Positions 18,771-29,176 of a stretch of DNA of 64,000 nucleotides are shown piece after piece. The DNA comes from an uncultured Gemmatimonadota bacterium (GTDB taxonomy: Bacteria; Blakebacterota; Blakebacteria; Blakebacterales; CAYUVJ01): positions 13,371 to 77,370 of the forward strand of contig CAZFHZ010000003.1 in assembly GCA_964519015.1 (NCBI GenBank), given 5' to 3'. The position numbers and the translations under genes were made by a program. The notes beneath the pieces are model-generated. The model did no database searches, had not been told where the DNA came from, and saw only the letters and a list, made by a program, of their open reading frames with translations. Within the stretch, counting starts at the first letter, position 1; each line of letters opens with the position of its first letter.

Positions 18771-18816
18771 TCACCCGGGCCGGGGAGGTCCCCGGCCGCT
18801 GCTCACTTCGCCCTTC

Positions 18817-19422
18817 TCAGCGCTTGTCGGCGCGGATATCCACGAGCTTCTTTCGCTCGTCGAAGATCAGGAAGGCCTTCTTGTCCGCCTCGTAGCGCCA
18901 CTGCCAGCGCTCGCCCAGCGAAGTGCTCTCCAGGATCTTCGTGTCGTAGGGCTGTCCCCAGGCATCCCTCACCTGGTCCATGGTGAACCCGATGTCGATC
19001 TGGTGGTTGAGGATCTTCTGCACGATGGCGATGTCACTGTATTTGGCCAGGAGTGCACCCTCGCGTTCGGTATCAGCCTCGGCCGCCACGTCTTGCGTAG
19101 CTGCCACCTCGGCCATCGGGTCGGTCTCGGAGAGGTAGTGGATGTGGGCATAGAGCCCGGTATCGGTCTTGTACCAATACTTGTTGTAGAGCTGGTCGGT
19201 CAGGACCTTGATCTGGGTGCCCGGCAGGACCTTTTCCATCGTCTTACCGAGCGGATCGGGCTTGTCGTAGAGGCGGACGACCAGGACCGTGCCTCGCCCC
19301 ACCGCATACATCGTCTTGGCCTCTGCCTGCGCGCTCGCATCGGGTGCGGACGCAAGCATGAAGGCGACGGTCAGCACGAGCGCGACCGGGGCCGTCCAGC
19401 CTGTGTTCCAACAGTGCTTCAT
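18817..19422 (-). CDS. Secreted hypothetical protein (signal peptide; SH3b-like beta-rich region)
   Basis: MKHCWNTGWTAPVALVLTVAFMLASAPDASAQA signal sequence. No family recognised. Confidence 0.45.
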   Translation of the reverse strand: MKHCWNTGWTAPVALVLTVAFMLASAPDASAQAEAKTMYAVGRGTVLVVRLYDKPDPLGKTMEKVLPGTQIKVLTDQLYNKYWYKTDTGLYAHIHYLSETDPMAEVAATQDVAAEADTEREGALLAKYSDIAIVQKILNHQIDIGFTMDQVRDAWGQPYDTKILESTSLGERWQWRYEADKKAFLIFDERKKLVDIRADKR

Positions 19423-19557
19423 GTCAGACTCTCTCCTGCTGGTGGGGCCCCTGCGATCGGCCAACCTCGCAGCCGGCTTCTTCCCGGGGCCGGTTGAACA
19501 CGAATCCATCACCCTACAAGTTACGCGGCCGTCCGGGAGGTGTCCAGCCGCTTGCGG

Positions 19558-20079
19558 TCAGAGCCGCAACAGAACATGGAAGGGGAGGTCGTCCAATCCC
19601 TCCCGACCTTTCAATCCCTCCAGTTCGATCAGCAGCGCGAACCCGGCCACTTCGGCGCCGAGCCGCTCCATCAGACGCCGGGCTGCCCGCAGCGTCCCCC
19701 CGGTGGCGACCAGGTCATCCACGATCAGGACCCGGTCGGACGGGCCCACCGCATCCTGGTGCACCTCCACTGCATCGCTCCCGTACTCCAGGGCGTAGGT
19801 CATCGTGACCTTGGCCGAGGGGAGTTTGCCCGGCTTGCGGAGCATCACCAGGCCGGCCCCCAGCTCCAGCGCGATCCCGGCGGCGAAGAGGAACCCCCGG
19901 GCCTCGATCCCGGCCACCCGGCTGACGCCTGAGTCCCGGTAGGGTTCGGCCAGTCGCTCCACGGCGCTCCGGAACGCTTCCGGGTCGGCCAACAGTGGGG
20001 AGATGTCCTTGAACTGAACCCCCGGGACCGGGAAGTCGGGGATGTTCCGGATGAACGCCCCGAGTTCGCCCGATCCCAT
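19558..20079 (-). CDS. apt: Adenine phosphoribosyltransferase
   Basis: IRNIPDFPVPGVQFKDISPLL...VLIVDDLVATGGTL PRTase motifs. Confidence 0.85.
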   Translation of the reverse strand: MGSGELGAFIRNIPDFPVPGVQFKDISPLLADPEAFRSAVERLAEPYRDSGVSRVAGIEARGFLFAAGIALELGAGLVMLRKPGKLPSAKVTMTYALEYGSDAVEVHQDAVGPSDRVLIVDDLVATGGTLRAARRLMERLGAEVAGFALLIELEGLKGREGLDDLPFHVLLRL

Positions 20080-20089
20080 CCCCTCCTCC

Positions 20090-20440
20090 TCACCGGATCG
20101 TGAAGGCATCGCTCCCCTCCGGGACACGGTGTTCGGTGGTCACCTGCTCCACCCGGGCACCGACAGGACCACGGTTGAGATCGACCAGGAAGGCCTGGAC
20201 CTGTCCGGCGGGGCCCTCGACCTCGGTCTCGACACTGCCGTCCGGCCGGTTGCAGACCCAACCTCCCAGCGCTCGCGAGCAAGCGGCCCGCTGGCAGAAC
20301 CAGCGGAATCCGACGCCCTGCACCCGGCCTGTCACCCGGGCATACAGCCGGACCCGAGCGCTCCCTTCAGTCCTTTCCGCAGCTTCTCGCCCGGGACGGC
20401 CAACGGGCTCCCGGCTCCCGATCGGGGTCACAGGCCGCAA
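20090..20440 (-). CDS. acyP: Acylphosphatase
   Basis: VTGRVQGVGFRWF signature. The true start may be the internal GTG (about 20353). Confidence 0.7.
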   Translation of the reverse strand: MRPVTPIGSREPVGRPGREAAERTEGSARVRLYARVTGRVQGVGFRWFCQRAACSRALGGWVCNRPDGSVETEVEGPAGQVQAFLVDLNRGPVGARVEQVTTEHRVPEGSDAFTIR

Positions 20441-21924
20441 CGCCTGGCGTAGCGTTCGATCCGCTCCAGCATCGGTCCCGGTTGAGTCTCCTCCCAGCCG
20501 AGGCCGGAGGCCAGTTCCTGGCCCGACTGGCCGCTCCCGACCGCCCAGAGGAAGCGCAGGTCCCCGGACACAGAAGCGTGCGCGAACCAGGGGGAACCGT
20601 GCTCGGCGTCGAGATGACGGTCGAGCATCGCCTCGAGCTGCCAGGCGCGGAAGTAATCGGCCGAGTAGAAGTACGGATCGACGTCCAGCAGATAGCGGGC
20701 GGCGTCGAGCTCGTTGAACTCCAGGCCGGTCGCCTCCTGTTGCAGGCTGCGGTAGCGATCCTTGGCCTGGGCGGACCCTTGGTGGAGCTCCAGTTCGTAG
20801 AGCAGCTTGGCGGCATAGCGACGGATGAGAAAGAGCTTCTGGAACACGGTCAGGGTCAGGTAGCCCTCCAGGGTCTCACCGGAGAGCCCCATCCGACCGG
20901 CCAGGAAATCGGGATGTTCCAACATCCCCTCGAATAAAGACGCATAGGCTTCCGTGGTCGTGTAGCTGCCCAGATAGCGGAACTCGAAATAGGGGGTGGT
21001 GGTGTGGAGGAAATGCTGGGCATGTCCCATCTCGTGGAAGAGCGCCCGATAATCCATGGCGCCGCCCACCGGTTTGACCGACAGCCGGATATCACCGGGG
21101 ACCTCGATGGGGAAGCAGACCGCCCGGGGATTCTTGGTCCGGTGGTCATCCAGATGGAGCTTGAGCCCGTCCTGCTCCTCCATCCGGATGCCGATCCCCG
21201 CCAGAAATGAGGTGACCGTCTCGAGCAGACGGTCGGCCGGGAAGTCCTCCTCGAAACCTCCCCCCTTGAAGAGCCAGGGGAGGTCACATCCCTGCAAGTG
21301 CCCGTCCTTCTCCCCGATCAGGGGGGCGGCCGCCTGACGGCTGCGTCGGTAGAGCCCGTCGGTGCGGTCGAGCAGATGCCGGGCCTGGACGGCCAGTGCA
21401 GGCAGATCGGCCTGGCGGAGCTCTGCGGACAGCCTGGTGTAGCTCCAGCCAAGTCCCTCGGCTGACTTCCGGCAGCGGGCGAGCTTGTCGGCCAGCAGGG
21501 GATTGAGCCGGTCCAGCACCGGGGCGGCGGAATCGGACAGTCGGCGGCGGCGGGCGGCATCGGGCTCGTTCGCGATCAGGGTGTTGAGTTGGCGGAAGGG
21601 GATGCTCCCGCTATCCGTTTCGACCACAGCAGCGGCCTGGAGGTTGACGATCCGGTCCTCCAGCTCGGCGACCTCCAGCGCGATCCGTTCGACCAGCAGG
21701 TGGTTTCGGAGGCTGCGCAGCGCCACCGACTCGACACCTTCGGCCGCCCTCAGCGCCTCTTCGACCCGCTCGATCGTCTCCGTGGAGAAGAGCCCCTCGT
21801 GACCCCGGTAGGTCCCGGCGACCTCCAGAGGGGCGCCCTGGACCCAATTAGCCCACTGGGCCTCGTACTGCCGCCGCAACAGGGTCTCGGCTTCTTCTCG
21901 AACTCGCTCGACCTGGCTGAACAT
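20428..21924 (-). CDS. HExxH zinc metallopeptidase, M3 / oligoendopeptidase-F-like
   Basis: FHEMGHAQH motif within a roughly 500-aa soluble protein. The family call is tentative. Confidence 0.45.
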   Translation of the reverse strand: MFSQVERVREEAETLLRRQYEAQWANWVQGAPLEVAGTYRGHEGLFSTETIERVEEALRAAEGVESVALRSLRNHLLVERIALEVAELEDRIVNLQAAAVVETDSGSIPFRQLNTLIANEPDAARRRRLSDSAAPVLDRLNPLLADKLARCRKSAEGLGWSYTRLSAELRQADLPALAVQARHLLDRTDGLYRRSRQAAAPLIGEKDGHLQGCDLPWLFKGGGFEEDFPADRLLETVTSFLAGIGIRMEEQDGLKLHLDDHRTKNPRAVCFPIEVPGDIRLSVKPVGGAMDYRALFHEMGHAQHFLHTTTPYFEFRYLGSYTTTEAYASLFEGMLEHPDFLAGRMGLSGETLEGYLTLTVFQKLFLIRRYAAKLLYELELHQGSAQAKDRYRSLQQEATGLEFNELDAARYLLDVDPYFYSADYFRAWQLEAMLDRHLDAEHGSPWFAHASVSGDLRFLWAVGSGQSGQELASGLGWEETQPGPMLERIERYARRCGL

Positions 21925-22113
21925 CCACGTTTCCTGTCGGGGGCGATGGGAGCCCACCAGGGGGGCTCGACGTCGAACCCTACCCAGACCCCGGTCCAGG
22001 TGTCAAGAGCGGTGCATCGGGCTTTCCCCTTACCCCGCATGACGTTATGGTTCCAGCCGGCCACCTCGGCCGTCCTGCTCATGCAGGTGAACTTCTTCCG
22101 ACCGGAGGGGCAG

Positions 22114-22740
22114 ATGGGATTCTGGGAACGCCTCAAGGGTTTTTTCCGGTCACCGGCGCGGGGCCGGCGTAGTCTGCGCGACCTCGATGAGGAGCAGATC
22201 CACGACCTGGTGACCGACAGTCTGGAGGAGACCGAGGCGACCGCCGAGGTGGTCGCTCGGGCCCGGGACGCTCACGAGCGGGCCCGCGATCTGATGCGCC
22301 AGGGACTCTATCAGGAATCCCTAGATCGGTTCCAGGAGGCACTCCAGGCCTGGGAGGAACAGTCACGCATCTGCCGGGAGCATGGGTACCGCAACCTCTG
22401 GCGGGGTCGGGCCGAACGGATCGGGCGCGAGATGGAGAATCTGCGGATCGACCACCTCGACGTGCTCGATCCGGACAGTTTCCGGTGGCTGCACCGGCGC
22501 GCCCAGCTCCGTCTCGAGGGACTCCAGCGGGTGCTGGCGATGGGACGCGCTTCGGACGGGACCGGGGAGAGCGAGGTCTTCACCTCCTTCCCGGACCATC
22601 AGCGTGAGGAGGTCGGCTCACTCCTCTATCACGCCCAGCAGCGCGGCTGGCTCGTCCGGCGGACCCACCAGGGGCGCTGGCGGCTTTTCACCCAACCGGA
22701 AGCCCCCGCTCCACCCGGGGGACAGGGGGAGGCCGGCTGA
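22114..22740 (+). CDS. Hypothetical protein (charged, helical)
   Basis: ATG behind GGAGGGG. No family recognised. Confidence 0.4.
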   Translation: MGFWERLKGFFRSPARGRRSLRDLDEEQIHDLVTDSLEETEATAEVVARARDAHERARDLMRQGLYQESLDRFQEALQAWEEQSRICREHGYRNLWRGRAERIGREMENLRIDHLDVLDPDSFRWLHRRAQLRLEGLQRVLAMGRASDGTGESEVFTSFPDHQREEVGSLLYHAQQRGWLVRRTHQGRWRLFTQPEAPAPPGGQGEAG

Positions 22741-22741
22741 C

Positions 22742-23614
22742 TCAGCTGCCCGCTACGGTGGTGTCCTCGAAGAGTTCGGTGCGGTCCCGTCCTTTCCCCT
22801 TGGCCTGGTAGAGGGCAGCGTCGGCGGCCGCCAGCAGGTCCTCGGGGCGCTGGAAGTTGCTGTTCACCGTGGACACCCCCACCGAGACGGTCACCTGGAT
22901 GAACGTCCCCTCGCCCGCTTCCGTACCGGAGCGCCCGGCCGGTTCGAAGCCGCCCGATTCCAGCGGCCGGAAGCGCAGGTCGCGCACGAAGCCGCGGATG
23001 CGCTCCCCGGTGATGAGCGCCCCATCCAGCGGTGTCGAGGGGAGGACGCAGAGGAACTCTTCCCCCCCGTAGCGGCCGACCACGTCGATCTTTCGCAGTC
23101 GCTCTTTCAGGGTCGCCGCCACCTCGTGGAGCACCACGTCGCCGGCCAGGTGTCCCCACCGGTCGTTGACGTCCTTGAAGCGGTCGAGGTCGACCATGGC
23201 CAGGCTGAGCGGGAAACCGAACCGGCGCGCCTTCCAGAACTCCTCCTCGAGCAGGCGCATGACGGCGCGGCGGTTGAAGAGTCCGGTCAGTTCGTCGGTG
23301 TTGGCGAGCTGCTCCATCTCCTCCAATCGCATGATCTCGTGGATGGTGCGGTAGGAGAAACGGACCACCAGCAGGATGAAGATGGCCGAGAGGAAGAAGA
23401 CCTCGGCGGCTATCAGGTCCCGGTCGAAGGGTTGGTCGAGGACCAGGAAGACCAGGTAGACCGCGTACCCGACGGCGAAGAAGGCGATGAGGTTGCGGAG
23501 CGAGGGCCAGGGCCCCTGCTCCCTGAGCATGTCGACGAGCCGCCCCGCCCGGCCGTAGGCGAAGAGCAGCAGGAGGAACCCCAAGGCGATGAGCAGCGCC
23601 GGGACTGTGAACAC
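22742..23614 (-). CDS. Membrane-anchored GGDEF diguanylate cyclase
   Basis: Three N-terminal TM helices, then GGDEF domain with RYGGEEF active site and RxxD I-site-like residues. Confidence 0.85.
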   Translation of the reverse strand: MFTVPALLIALGFLLLLFAYGRAGRLVDMLREQGPWPSLRNLIAFFAVGYAVYLVFLVLDQPFDRDLIAAEVFFLSAIFILLVVRFSYRTIHEIMRLEEMEQLANTDELTGLFNRRAVMRLLEEEFWKARRFGFPLSLAMVDLDRFKDVNDRWGHLAGDVVLHEVAATLKERLRKIDVVGRYGGEEFLCVLPSTPLDGALITGERIRGFVRDLRFRPLESGGFEPAGRSGTEAGEGTFIQVTVSVGVSTVNSNFQRPEDLLAAADAALYQAKGKGRDRTELFEDTTVAGS

Positions 23615-23741
23615 CAGGCTCTCCTACCCCCCGGAGGGAGCCGATCTACGCTGGGATGTCCGGCCGGGAGGCCGGACCGCTCAGTGACGCCTGACAGTGT
23701 ACTCAGCCCGTCCGACGCCGCAAGGCAGGATCACGGATCGA

Positions 23742-23906
23742 TCAGCTGGCCCGGACCTCGGCCGGCACCTCTTCCCACTCCTCGCACTCCCGGTCGCGGC
23801 ATTCCAGCGCCGGGGGGTGCTTCATGCATTCGCCCAGGCCGGCCTCGGGCGTGTAGAGCGGGACCCACCAGTAGCAGGTTTCGCAGGTATGCTCGACGCG
23901 CTTCAT
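23742..23906 (-). CDS. Small Cys-rich protein (54 aa; CxxC...C...C...C), not in the ORF track because it is under 60 aa
   Basis: MKRVEHTCETCYWWVPLYTPEAGLGECMKHPPALECRDRECEEWEEVPAEVRAS, translated by hand. A perfect 8-bp hairpin (23658-23677) follows it. Confidence 0.3.
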   Translation of the reverse strand: MKRVEHTCETCYWWVPLYTPEAGLGECMKHPPALECRDRECEEWEEVPAEVRAS

Positions 23907-23916
23907 CACGCCCCCT

Positions 23917-24096
23917 CTACTGCGGTCTGGGTTTCGCCCGGCCGTCCCGGTGCTCCCGCTCCAGGTAGGCTCGGACTTCCTCCTCCTCGTACAGCTTCAC
24001 GGAACCGGGTCCCGGGTCGACCGCCGGCTGAATATGACCGGCCTTGACCAGATAGTGGATATGCTGCCGGGTCACCCCGAACTTCCGCGAGAGCAT
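23917..24096 (-). CDS. Small HTH DNA-binding protein (59 aa, excisionase/MerR-type helix-turn-helix)
   Basis: MLSRKFGVTRQHIHYLVKAGHIQPAV... is the only credible part of the 430-aa antisense ORF 23917..25209. Confidence 0.4.
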   Translation of the reverse strand: MLSRKFGVTRQHIHYLVKAGHIQPAVDPGPGSVKLYEEEEVRAYLEREHRDGRAKPRPQ

Positions 24097-24306
24097 ACGG
24101 CTCGTGACCAGTCCCACTCGGTATCCTCCCGCCCTGCTCGTCCTCGTCGGTGCGCCCGGTCCCGGCCGGGTGGAGGGCTCCGGGTTCGTACGGCGCACGC
24201 TCGATCCAGGGAACCAGCAAGTTGAGGATACCATTATCCGTTTACGTCTGTCAAGGAGCGGGGTAGAATGCCGTCGGGACCGGGAGCGGTGATCAAGGAG
24301 GCGGGT

Positions 24307-25578
24307 ATGGATCCGACGAAGCGGATCGAGGAGAGCTACCGGCTGGCCCGGGAGCGTTACGCGATGCTCGGAGTGGACACCGAGGACGCACTCCGGCGGC
24401 TGGCCCGCCTTCGGGTCTCCCTTCCCTGCTGGCAGGGGGACGATGTGGGCGGATTCGAGCGCCCCGGGGGGACGCTGGAAGGCAGCGGCCTCTTCGCCAC
24501 CGGTGGTTATCCGGGTCGCGCCCGTACCGTGGAGGAACTGCGGAGCGATCTCGACCGGGCGCTCCGTCTGCTCCCCGGCCGCCACCGGGTGAACCTGCAC
24601 GCCTGCTATCTGGAGAACGGCGGTCGGTTCGTGGAGCGGGATGCGATCGGCCTCGAGCACTTCCAGGGCTGGATCGACTGGGCCGGTGAACGCGGCCTGG
24701 GGCTCGACTTCAATCCCACCTTCTTCGCCCACCCCAGGGCCGCCGACGGATTCACCCTCAGCCACCCCGATCCCGGGATCCGCGGATTCTGGATCGCCCA
24801 CGGTGTGGCCTGCCGTCGGATCGCGGCCGGGATGGGGGTGCAATTGGGCACACCCTGTGTCATGAACGTCTGGGTCCCGGACGGCTGGAAGGACACCCCC
24901 GTGGACCGCCGGGGCCCACGGGAACGGCTGACGGTCTCCCTCGACACGCTCTTCACCGAGCCGTTCGGGACCGACCGGCTGAAGGACTCGGTCGAATCGA
25001 AACTCTTCGGTCTCGGTTCGGAGAGTTATGTGGCCGGTTCCTGGGAGTTCTATCTCGGCTACGCCATCACCCGCCGTAAACTGCTCTGCATCGACACCGG
25101 TCACTTCCACCCGACCGAGGAAATCCCGGACAAGCTCAGCGCGGTCCTGGGCTGCCTGGACGAGGTCCTGCTGCATGTGAGCCGGGGAGTACGGTGGGAC
25201 AGCGACCATGTCGTGACCTTCTCCGACAGCCTGCGATCACTGACCGGTGAACTCGTGCGCGGGGATTACCTGGAGCGCGTCCACCTCGGGCTCGACTACT
25301 TCGATGCCAGTATCAACCGGGTGGCGGCCTGGGTGATCGGTTCCCGCAACCTGCTCAAGGCCCTGTTGGCCGCGCTGCTCGAACCGCAGACCCGCCTGCG
25401 GACCCTGGAGGAGGAGGGAGACCTGACCGGGCGGTTGGCCCTGCTCGAGGAACTCCCGACCCTGCCTCTGGGTGCGGTCTGGGACCACTGGTGCCGGCGC
25501 AATGAGGTGCCGGTCGGGGCCGACTGGCTGGAGGAGGTGCGGGCCTACGAGCGGGATGTGATGGCACGACGCGGGTGA
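24307..25578 (+). CDS. rhaA: L-rhamnose isomerase
   Basis: Near full-length match to E. coli RhaA blocks ([69 protein letters not shown]). Confidence 0.9.
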   Translation: MDPTKRIEESYRLARERYAMLGVDTEDALRRLARLRVSLPCWQGDDVGGFERPGGTLEGSGLFATGGYPGRARTVEELRSDLDRALRLLPGRHRVNLHACYLENGGRFVERDAIGLEHFQGWIDWAGERGLGLDFNPTFFAHPRAADGFTLSHPDPGIRGFWIAHGVACRRIAAGMGVQLGTPCVMNVWVPDGWKDTPVDRRGPRERLTVSLDTLFTEPFGTDRLKDSVESKLFGLGSESYVAGSWEFYLGYAITRRKLLCIDTGHFHPTEEIPDKLSAVLGCLDEVLLHVSRGVRWDSDHVVTFSDSLRSLTGELVRGDYLERVHLGLDYFDASINRVAAWVIGSRNLLKALLAALLEPQTRLRTLEEEGDLTGRLALLEELPTLPLGAVWDHWCRRNEVPVGADWLEEVRAYERDVMARRG

Positions 25579-25717
25579 CACCCCCCTACGCGTCGATCAA
25601 CGGATCATCTCGAACGACCCTGTTGTGCTCGTGATACAGGGGCGGCGAATCCAGTCTATCAGAAAATGTAAGCTCCCACTCGCAATCCGGCGGACGGCGG
25701 GTGGGAGCGATCGATCC

Positions 25718-25794
<77 letters not shown>

Positions 25795-25869
25795 ACGATA
25801 CAGAGCTAACTAATCTAAGCGACCAACGGTCCCGCGCCACTACTACTCCTGGTTTCCCGGGGCGTGACT

Positions 25870-27078
25870 TCAGGCGTTGTCCGCCTCCACGGCCGCCACG
25901 AGCTGCTCCTGGATCTCGGGCAGGGCATCGGCCACCCGGTTCCAGTTCGGGATCTGGGCGCCGCCGGTCGGCTCCGCCATGAAACCTTCCCCGCCCAGAC
26001 GCAGACCCTGCAGGAAGGTCTCCACCGCCAACCCCTCGGCGTGACGGTCGAATTTCAGCCCGTTGATGGCCGCATCCCCGGCGTATTTGACGATCGTGTC
26101 CTGGGCGGTTCGCAGGTAGGCCACTTCCAGGCTGCGGAAGAAACCGTCCCCGAAGACGATCCCTTCGCTGGCCAGGGTGTGGAAGATGCTGCCCGAGATG
26201 TCGATGCACATCTTCAACAGACCCTTCTTCGGATCGTCGGGCGAGAGCGGCTGGTGCTTGTGCTCGTAGTTCACCGCCAGGTCGACCTGGCAGACCCGCT
26301 TGGGGCTCGTGTTCCGGTAGACCTCGGCCAGGGTGCCGACCTCCAAACCCCAGCCGGCCGGGATACGGTTCAGCCTCGCCAGGTCGGTGGTCAGGGCGAT
26401 CTCCCCCGAGAGGGGATACCGGAAGTCGTCCAGGTAGACCAAAAAAGGCTCATGACCGATCAGCTCGATCAGGGCGCGGATCAGGGGGGAGACGAAGAGC
26501 CGGGTGACCCGCCCGTACATCCGGTCGGTGATCCGCGCGTAGTAGCCCTTCGAGAACTCGAAGGCGAGATGAAGGTCCATGAGCGGATAGGCGAGCCGGG
26601 CGAGCAGACCCCGCTCATAGCTGAGGATGTCGCAGTCGTGGACCGCGATCACATCCGAGGTCCCACGCCCCAGGACGTAGCCATAGGCCAGCCAGACCGA
26701 GCGCCCCTTGCCGTCCTCACCGACGTACAGGTCGTTTCCTTCCATCGTGCGGAGCACATCCTGGACGCCCGGGGAGTCCACCCAGAGGATGTTGACCGGT
26801 TCCGGCAGCCGGCGCATGACGTCGCGGGCGGCCTGGAACTGGGTCCGGTCGGCCCGCCCGAGCACCAGCACGATGTCGTGCAGATACCTCACCCCTTCGA
26901 GCTCCGCCACGATCCGGGGAAGGGCCTTCCCTTCGAATTCCGCGTAGAGCGCCGGCAGCACCAGACTCAGTCGCTGATGCCGGGCCAGGTGTTCGAGACT
27001 CTTCTCCAGCTCCGGCAGGGCGATGGTGTCGTGCCAGTGGAACGTGGAGATCACGTTGCTCTGGTAGAAATCTCCCAC
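25870..27078 (-). CDS. Mannosyl-3-phosphoglycerate (or glucosyl-3-phosphoglycerate) synthase-like glycosyltransferase
   Basis: GTG start behind AAGGAGG. About 400 aa, GT-A fold with DxD-like VHDCD. Adjacent HAD phosphatase of the MPGP type. Family assignment made by eye, so moderate confidence. Confidence 0.55.
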   Translation of the reverse strand: MGDFYQSNVISTFHWHDTIALPELEKSLEHLARHQRLSLVLPALYAEFEGKALPRIVAELEGVRYLHDIVLVLGRADRTQFQAARDVMRRLPEPVNILWVDSPGVQDVLRTMEGNDLYVGEDGKGRSVWLAYGYVLGRGTSDVIAVHDCDILSYERGLLARLAYPLMDLHLAFEFSKGYYARITDRMYGRVTRLFVSPLIRALIELIGHEPFLVYLDDFRYPLSGEIALTTDLARLNRIPAGWGLEVGTLAEVYRNTSPKRVCQVDLAVNYEHKHQPLSPDDPKKGLLKMCIDISGSIFHTLASEGIVFGDGFFRSLEVAYLRTAQDTIVKYAGDAAINGLKFDRHAEGLAVETFLQGLRLGGEGFMAEPTGGAQIPNWNRVADALPEIQEQLVAAVEADNA

Positions 27079-27157
27079 GACAGGCCTCCTTGAGGGGGCG
27101 GATAAGTAGAATGACAGGCCCGCAGCGGGATGTTCAAGGAAAACCGGGTCTGGAGGA

Positions 27158-28021
27158 TCAGTCGGGCAGGCGAGCCAGGACCGCTTCGTTCCACCCGGCC
27201 GGGCCGATACCGGAGGTCCGCTCCAGTCCGGCCACATCGTCAATGGGAGCCCAGGTCCCGTCGTGACGGCGGACCAGCACCCCCTCGTCGGCGGCGGCGA
27301 GCATCTCGCGGTCGTTGAGCGAATCCCCCAACGCCACACTCCGCCAGCCTCCCTCCCCGGCACCCGGGGCGGTCTGCTGCACCAGCCGGAGAGCGTCTCC
27401 CTTGGTATGCTCCCCCTGCAGATGGAAGAAGCGGTCGCCGAGGGTGAACTGCATTCCCCCCTCTTCCGCCGCGGCCGCCCGGAAGGCGGCGAGTAGGGCG
27501 AGCCTGCCCTCCTCACCCCCCTCGGCTCCGGTCACCACGAAGGGTTCGGAGAAGGTACGGGCCTGCGCCTGACGGGCCTGGGACTCGGTCAGACCCGTCC
27601 GCACCACCACCTCGGCGATCGGCATCTCGGCCAACCCCCGCACCCGGATATCCAGCCGGGCGGCCAGGTCGGCCAGCCGCGCGATGAGTTCGGTCCGCGG
27701 GCGTCCCAGGATGACGCCCACCCGGCCGCCTTCCTCCTCCCGAAGCGGCCGGCCCTCCTCCACCGCCCACTGCCGTAACCCGGCGGCGAAGGGATGGTCT
27801 CCCGGCACGAAGATGGCGGCGCCGTTCTCAACGATACCGGGTCCCTCCAGTCCGAGGCGGTCCATGATCGGAACCAGTTCCTCGAGGGCCTTGCTGGTGG
27901 CCGGGATGACCGGCACCCCGATCCGGCGGCAGCGCTCCAGCGCAGGGGCGGCCGCCGCCGCACTGTAGTCGTGGTAGTCGAGCAGGGTGCCGTCGAGGTC
28001 GGTGAAGAGGAGCAGTCGCAT
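27158..28021 (-). CDS. HAD-IIB phosphatase, mannosyl-3-phosphoglycerate phosphatase (MpgP/YedP)-like
   Basis: LLFTDLDGTLL motif I, ...GDSLNDREML motif IV. Confidence 0.65.
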   Translation of the reverse strand: MRLLLFTDLDGTLLDYHDYSAAAAAPALERCRRIGVPVIPATSKALEELVPIMDRLGLEGPGIVENGAAIFVPGDHPFAAGLRQWAVEEGRPLREEEGGRVGVILGRPRTELIARLADLAARLDIRVRGLAEMPIAEVVVRTGLTESQARQAQARTFSEPFVVTGAEGGEEGRLALLAAFRAAAAEEGGMQFTLGDRFFHLQGEHTKGDALRLVQQTAPGAGEGGWRSVALGDSLNDREMLAAADEGVLVRRHDGTWAPIDDVAGLERTSGIGPAGWNEAVLARLPD

Positions 28022-28026
28022 CGTGC

Positions 28027-28500
28027 TCAGACCGGGCGGGTGAACAGGCGCAGGCCGCCGATCACGCCGAGGGCGGCCAGGGTCACCACCACCCCGGCAA
28101 TCGCCACCCCGGCCATGATGGCCGGCAGGGCGTAACGGCGGCGGATCTTGAACAGGTAGGCGGCCACACAGCCGGTCCAGGCACCGGTGACCGGTAAGGG
28201 CACGGCCACGAAGAGCATCAGGCCGAGGGCTTCGTAGCGCTCCACCAGGGCGCTGCGGCTCCGCGTGCGCTCGAACAGCCAGGTGAAGAAGCGGTCCATG
28301 AGCGGCCACCGCCGGAGCAGCCGTTCGAGCGGTCCGAGCAGCCAGAGGATGGGTAGCACCGGGATGAGGTTCCCGAGCACCGCCAACAGATAGGCGGTGC
28401 TCCAGTGAAGTCCCCCGACCCAGAGCGCCCAGGGGATGGCCCCGCGCAGCTCGCTCACCGGCAGCATTGCGATCAGCACGGTCAGCAGGGCAGGCGACAT
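28027..28500 (-). CDS. Small integral membrane protein (putative small multidrug-export / DUF-type, 4 TM)
   Basis: Hydrophobic profile. Start position uncertain (28500 or 28527). Confidence 0.45.
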   Translation of the reverse strand: MSPALLTVLIAMLPVSELRGAIPWALWVGGLHWSTAYLLAVLGNLIPVLPILWLLGPLERLLRRWPLMDRFFTWLFERTRSRSALVERYEALGLMLFVAVPLPVTGAWTGCVAAYLFKIRRRYALPAIMAGVAIAGVVVTLAALGVIGGLRLFTRPV

Positions 28501-28501
28501 C

Positions 28502-29176
28502 TCAGCCGTTCTCCGAAGGCCAGCCATGCCGTCCAACCAGCGGGACGAAGGTGCAGCCCACATCATCCCGGGCGCTGATCGCCGCTCCCTGGCGGGTCAC
28601 GATCTTGAGCTGCTGGAACTCGGCTCCTCCGACCGGGATGACCAGTCTTCCCCCCTCGGGGAGGAGCTGATCACTGAGCGGCTGGGGGATCTCCGGGCTG
28701 CCGGCCGTCACCACGACGGCATCGAAGGGGGCGAAGGCGCTCCAGCCAATGGTCCCGTCGCCGATCCGCAGGGCGATGTTGTGGATGCCCAGCTCCTCCC
28801 AGACCCGGCGGGCCTTCATGGCCAGGGCGGGATGGCGCTCCACGGTGAAGACATTGCGGGCAATCCGGGCCAGAACGGCGGCCTGGTAGCCCGAGCCGGT
28901 CCCGATCTCGAGTACCTTCTCCCCCCCCTTCAGGGCCAGGCACTGGGTCATGAGCGCGACCATGTAGGGTTGGCTGATGGTCTGACCGTTACCGATAGGA
29001 AGGGGATGGTCGCCGTAGGCGCGCGGGGCCAGCGCCTTGTCGACGAAGAGGTGTCGGGGTACCTCCCGCATCGCCTGGAGCACCTTGAAGTCGGTGATGC
29101 CGCGCTTGAGGAGCTGCTCCTCCACCATGCGCTCCCGGTCGAGCGCGAAACGGTCGGTGCCGGCCGGACCGGTCAT
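28502..29176 (-). CDS. pcm: Protein-L-isoaspartate O-methyltransferase
   Basis: VLEIGTGSGYQAAVLA SAM motif and ISQPYMVA block. ATG overlaps the surE stop (ATGA). The N-terminal 94 aa of the ORF-track model are a spurious extension. Confidence 0.85.
   Translation of the reverse strand: MTGPAGTDRFALDRERMVEEQLLKRGITDFKVLQAMREVPRHLFVDKALAPRAYGDHPLPIGNGQTISQPYMVALMTQCLALKGGEKVLEIGTGSGYQAAVLARIARNVFTVERHPALAMKARRVWEELGIHNIALRIGDGTIGWSAFAPFDAVVVTAGSPEIPQPLSDQLLPEGGRLVIPVGGAEFQQLKIVTRQGAAISARDDVGCTFVPLVGRHGWPSENG

Noticed and set aside
18650-18816. Possible ncRNA or riboswitch in the 167-bp gap upstream of the redoxin gene
   Set aside because: It contains only two GC-rich hairpins consistent with terminators of the upstream gene. 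No recognisable riboswitch consensus (e.g. SAM, TPP, cobalamin) could be identified by eye.
23917-25209. 430-aa minus-strand ORF
   Set aside because: It is antisense to rhaA, which is an excellent full-length RhaA match. Only the last 59 aa (HTH protein, 23917..24096) lie outside rhaA and have start context.
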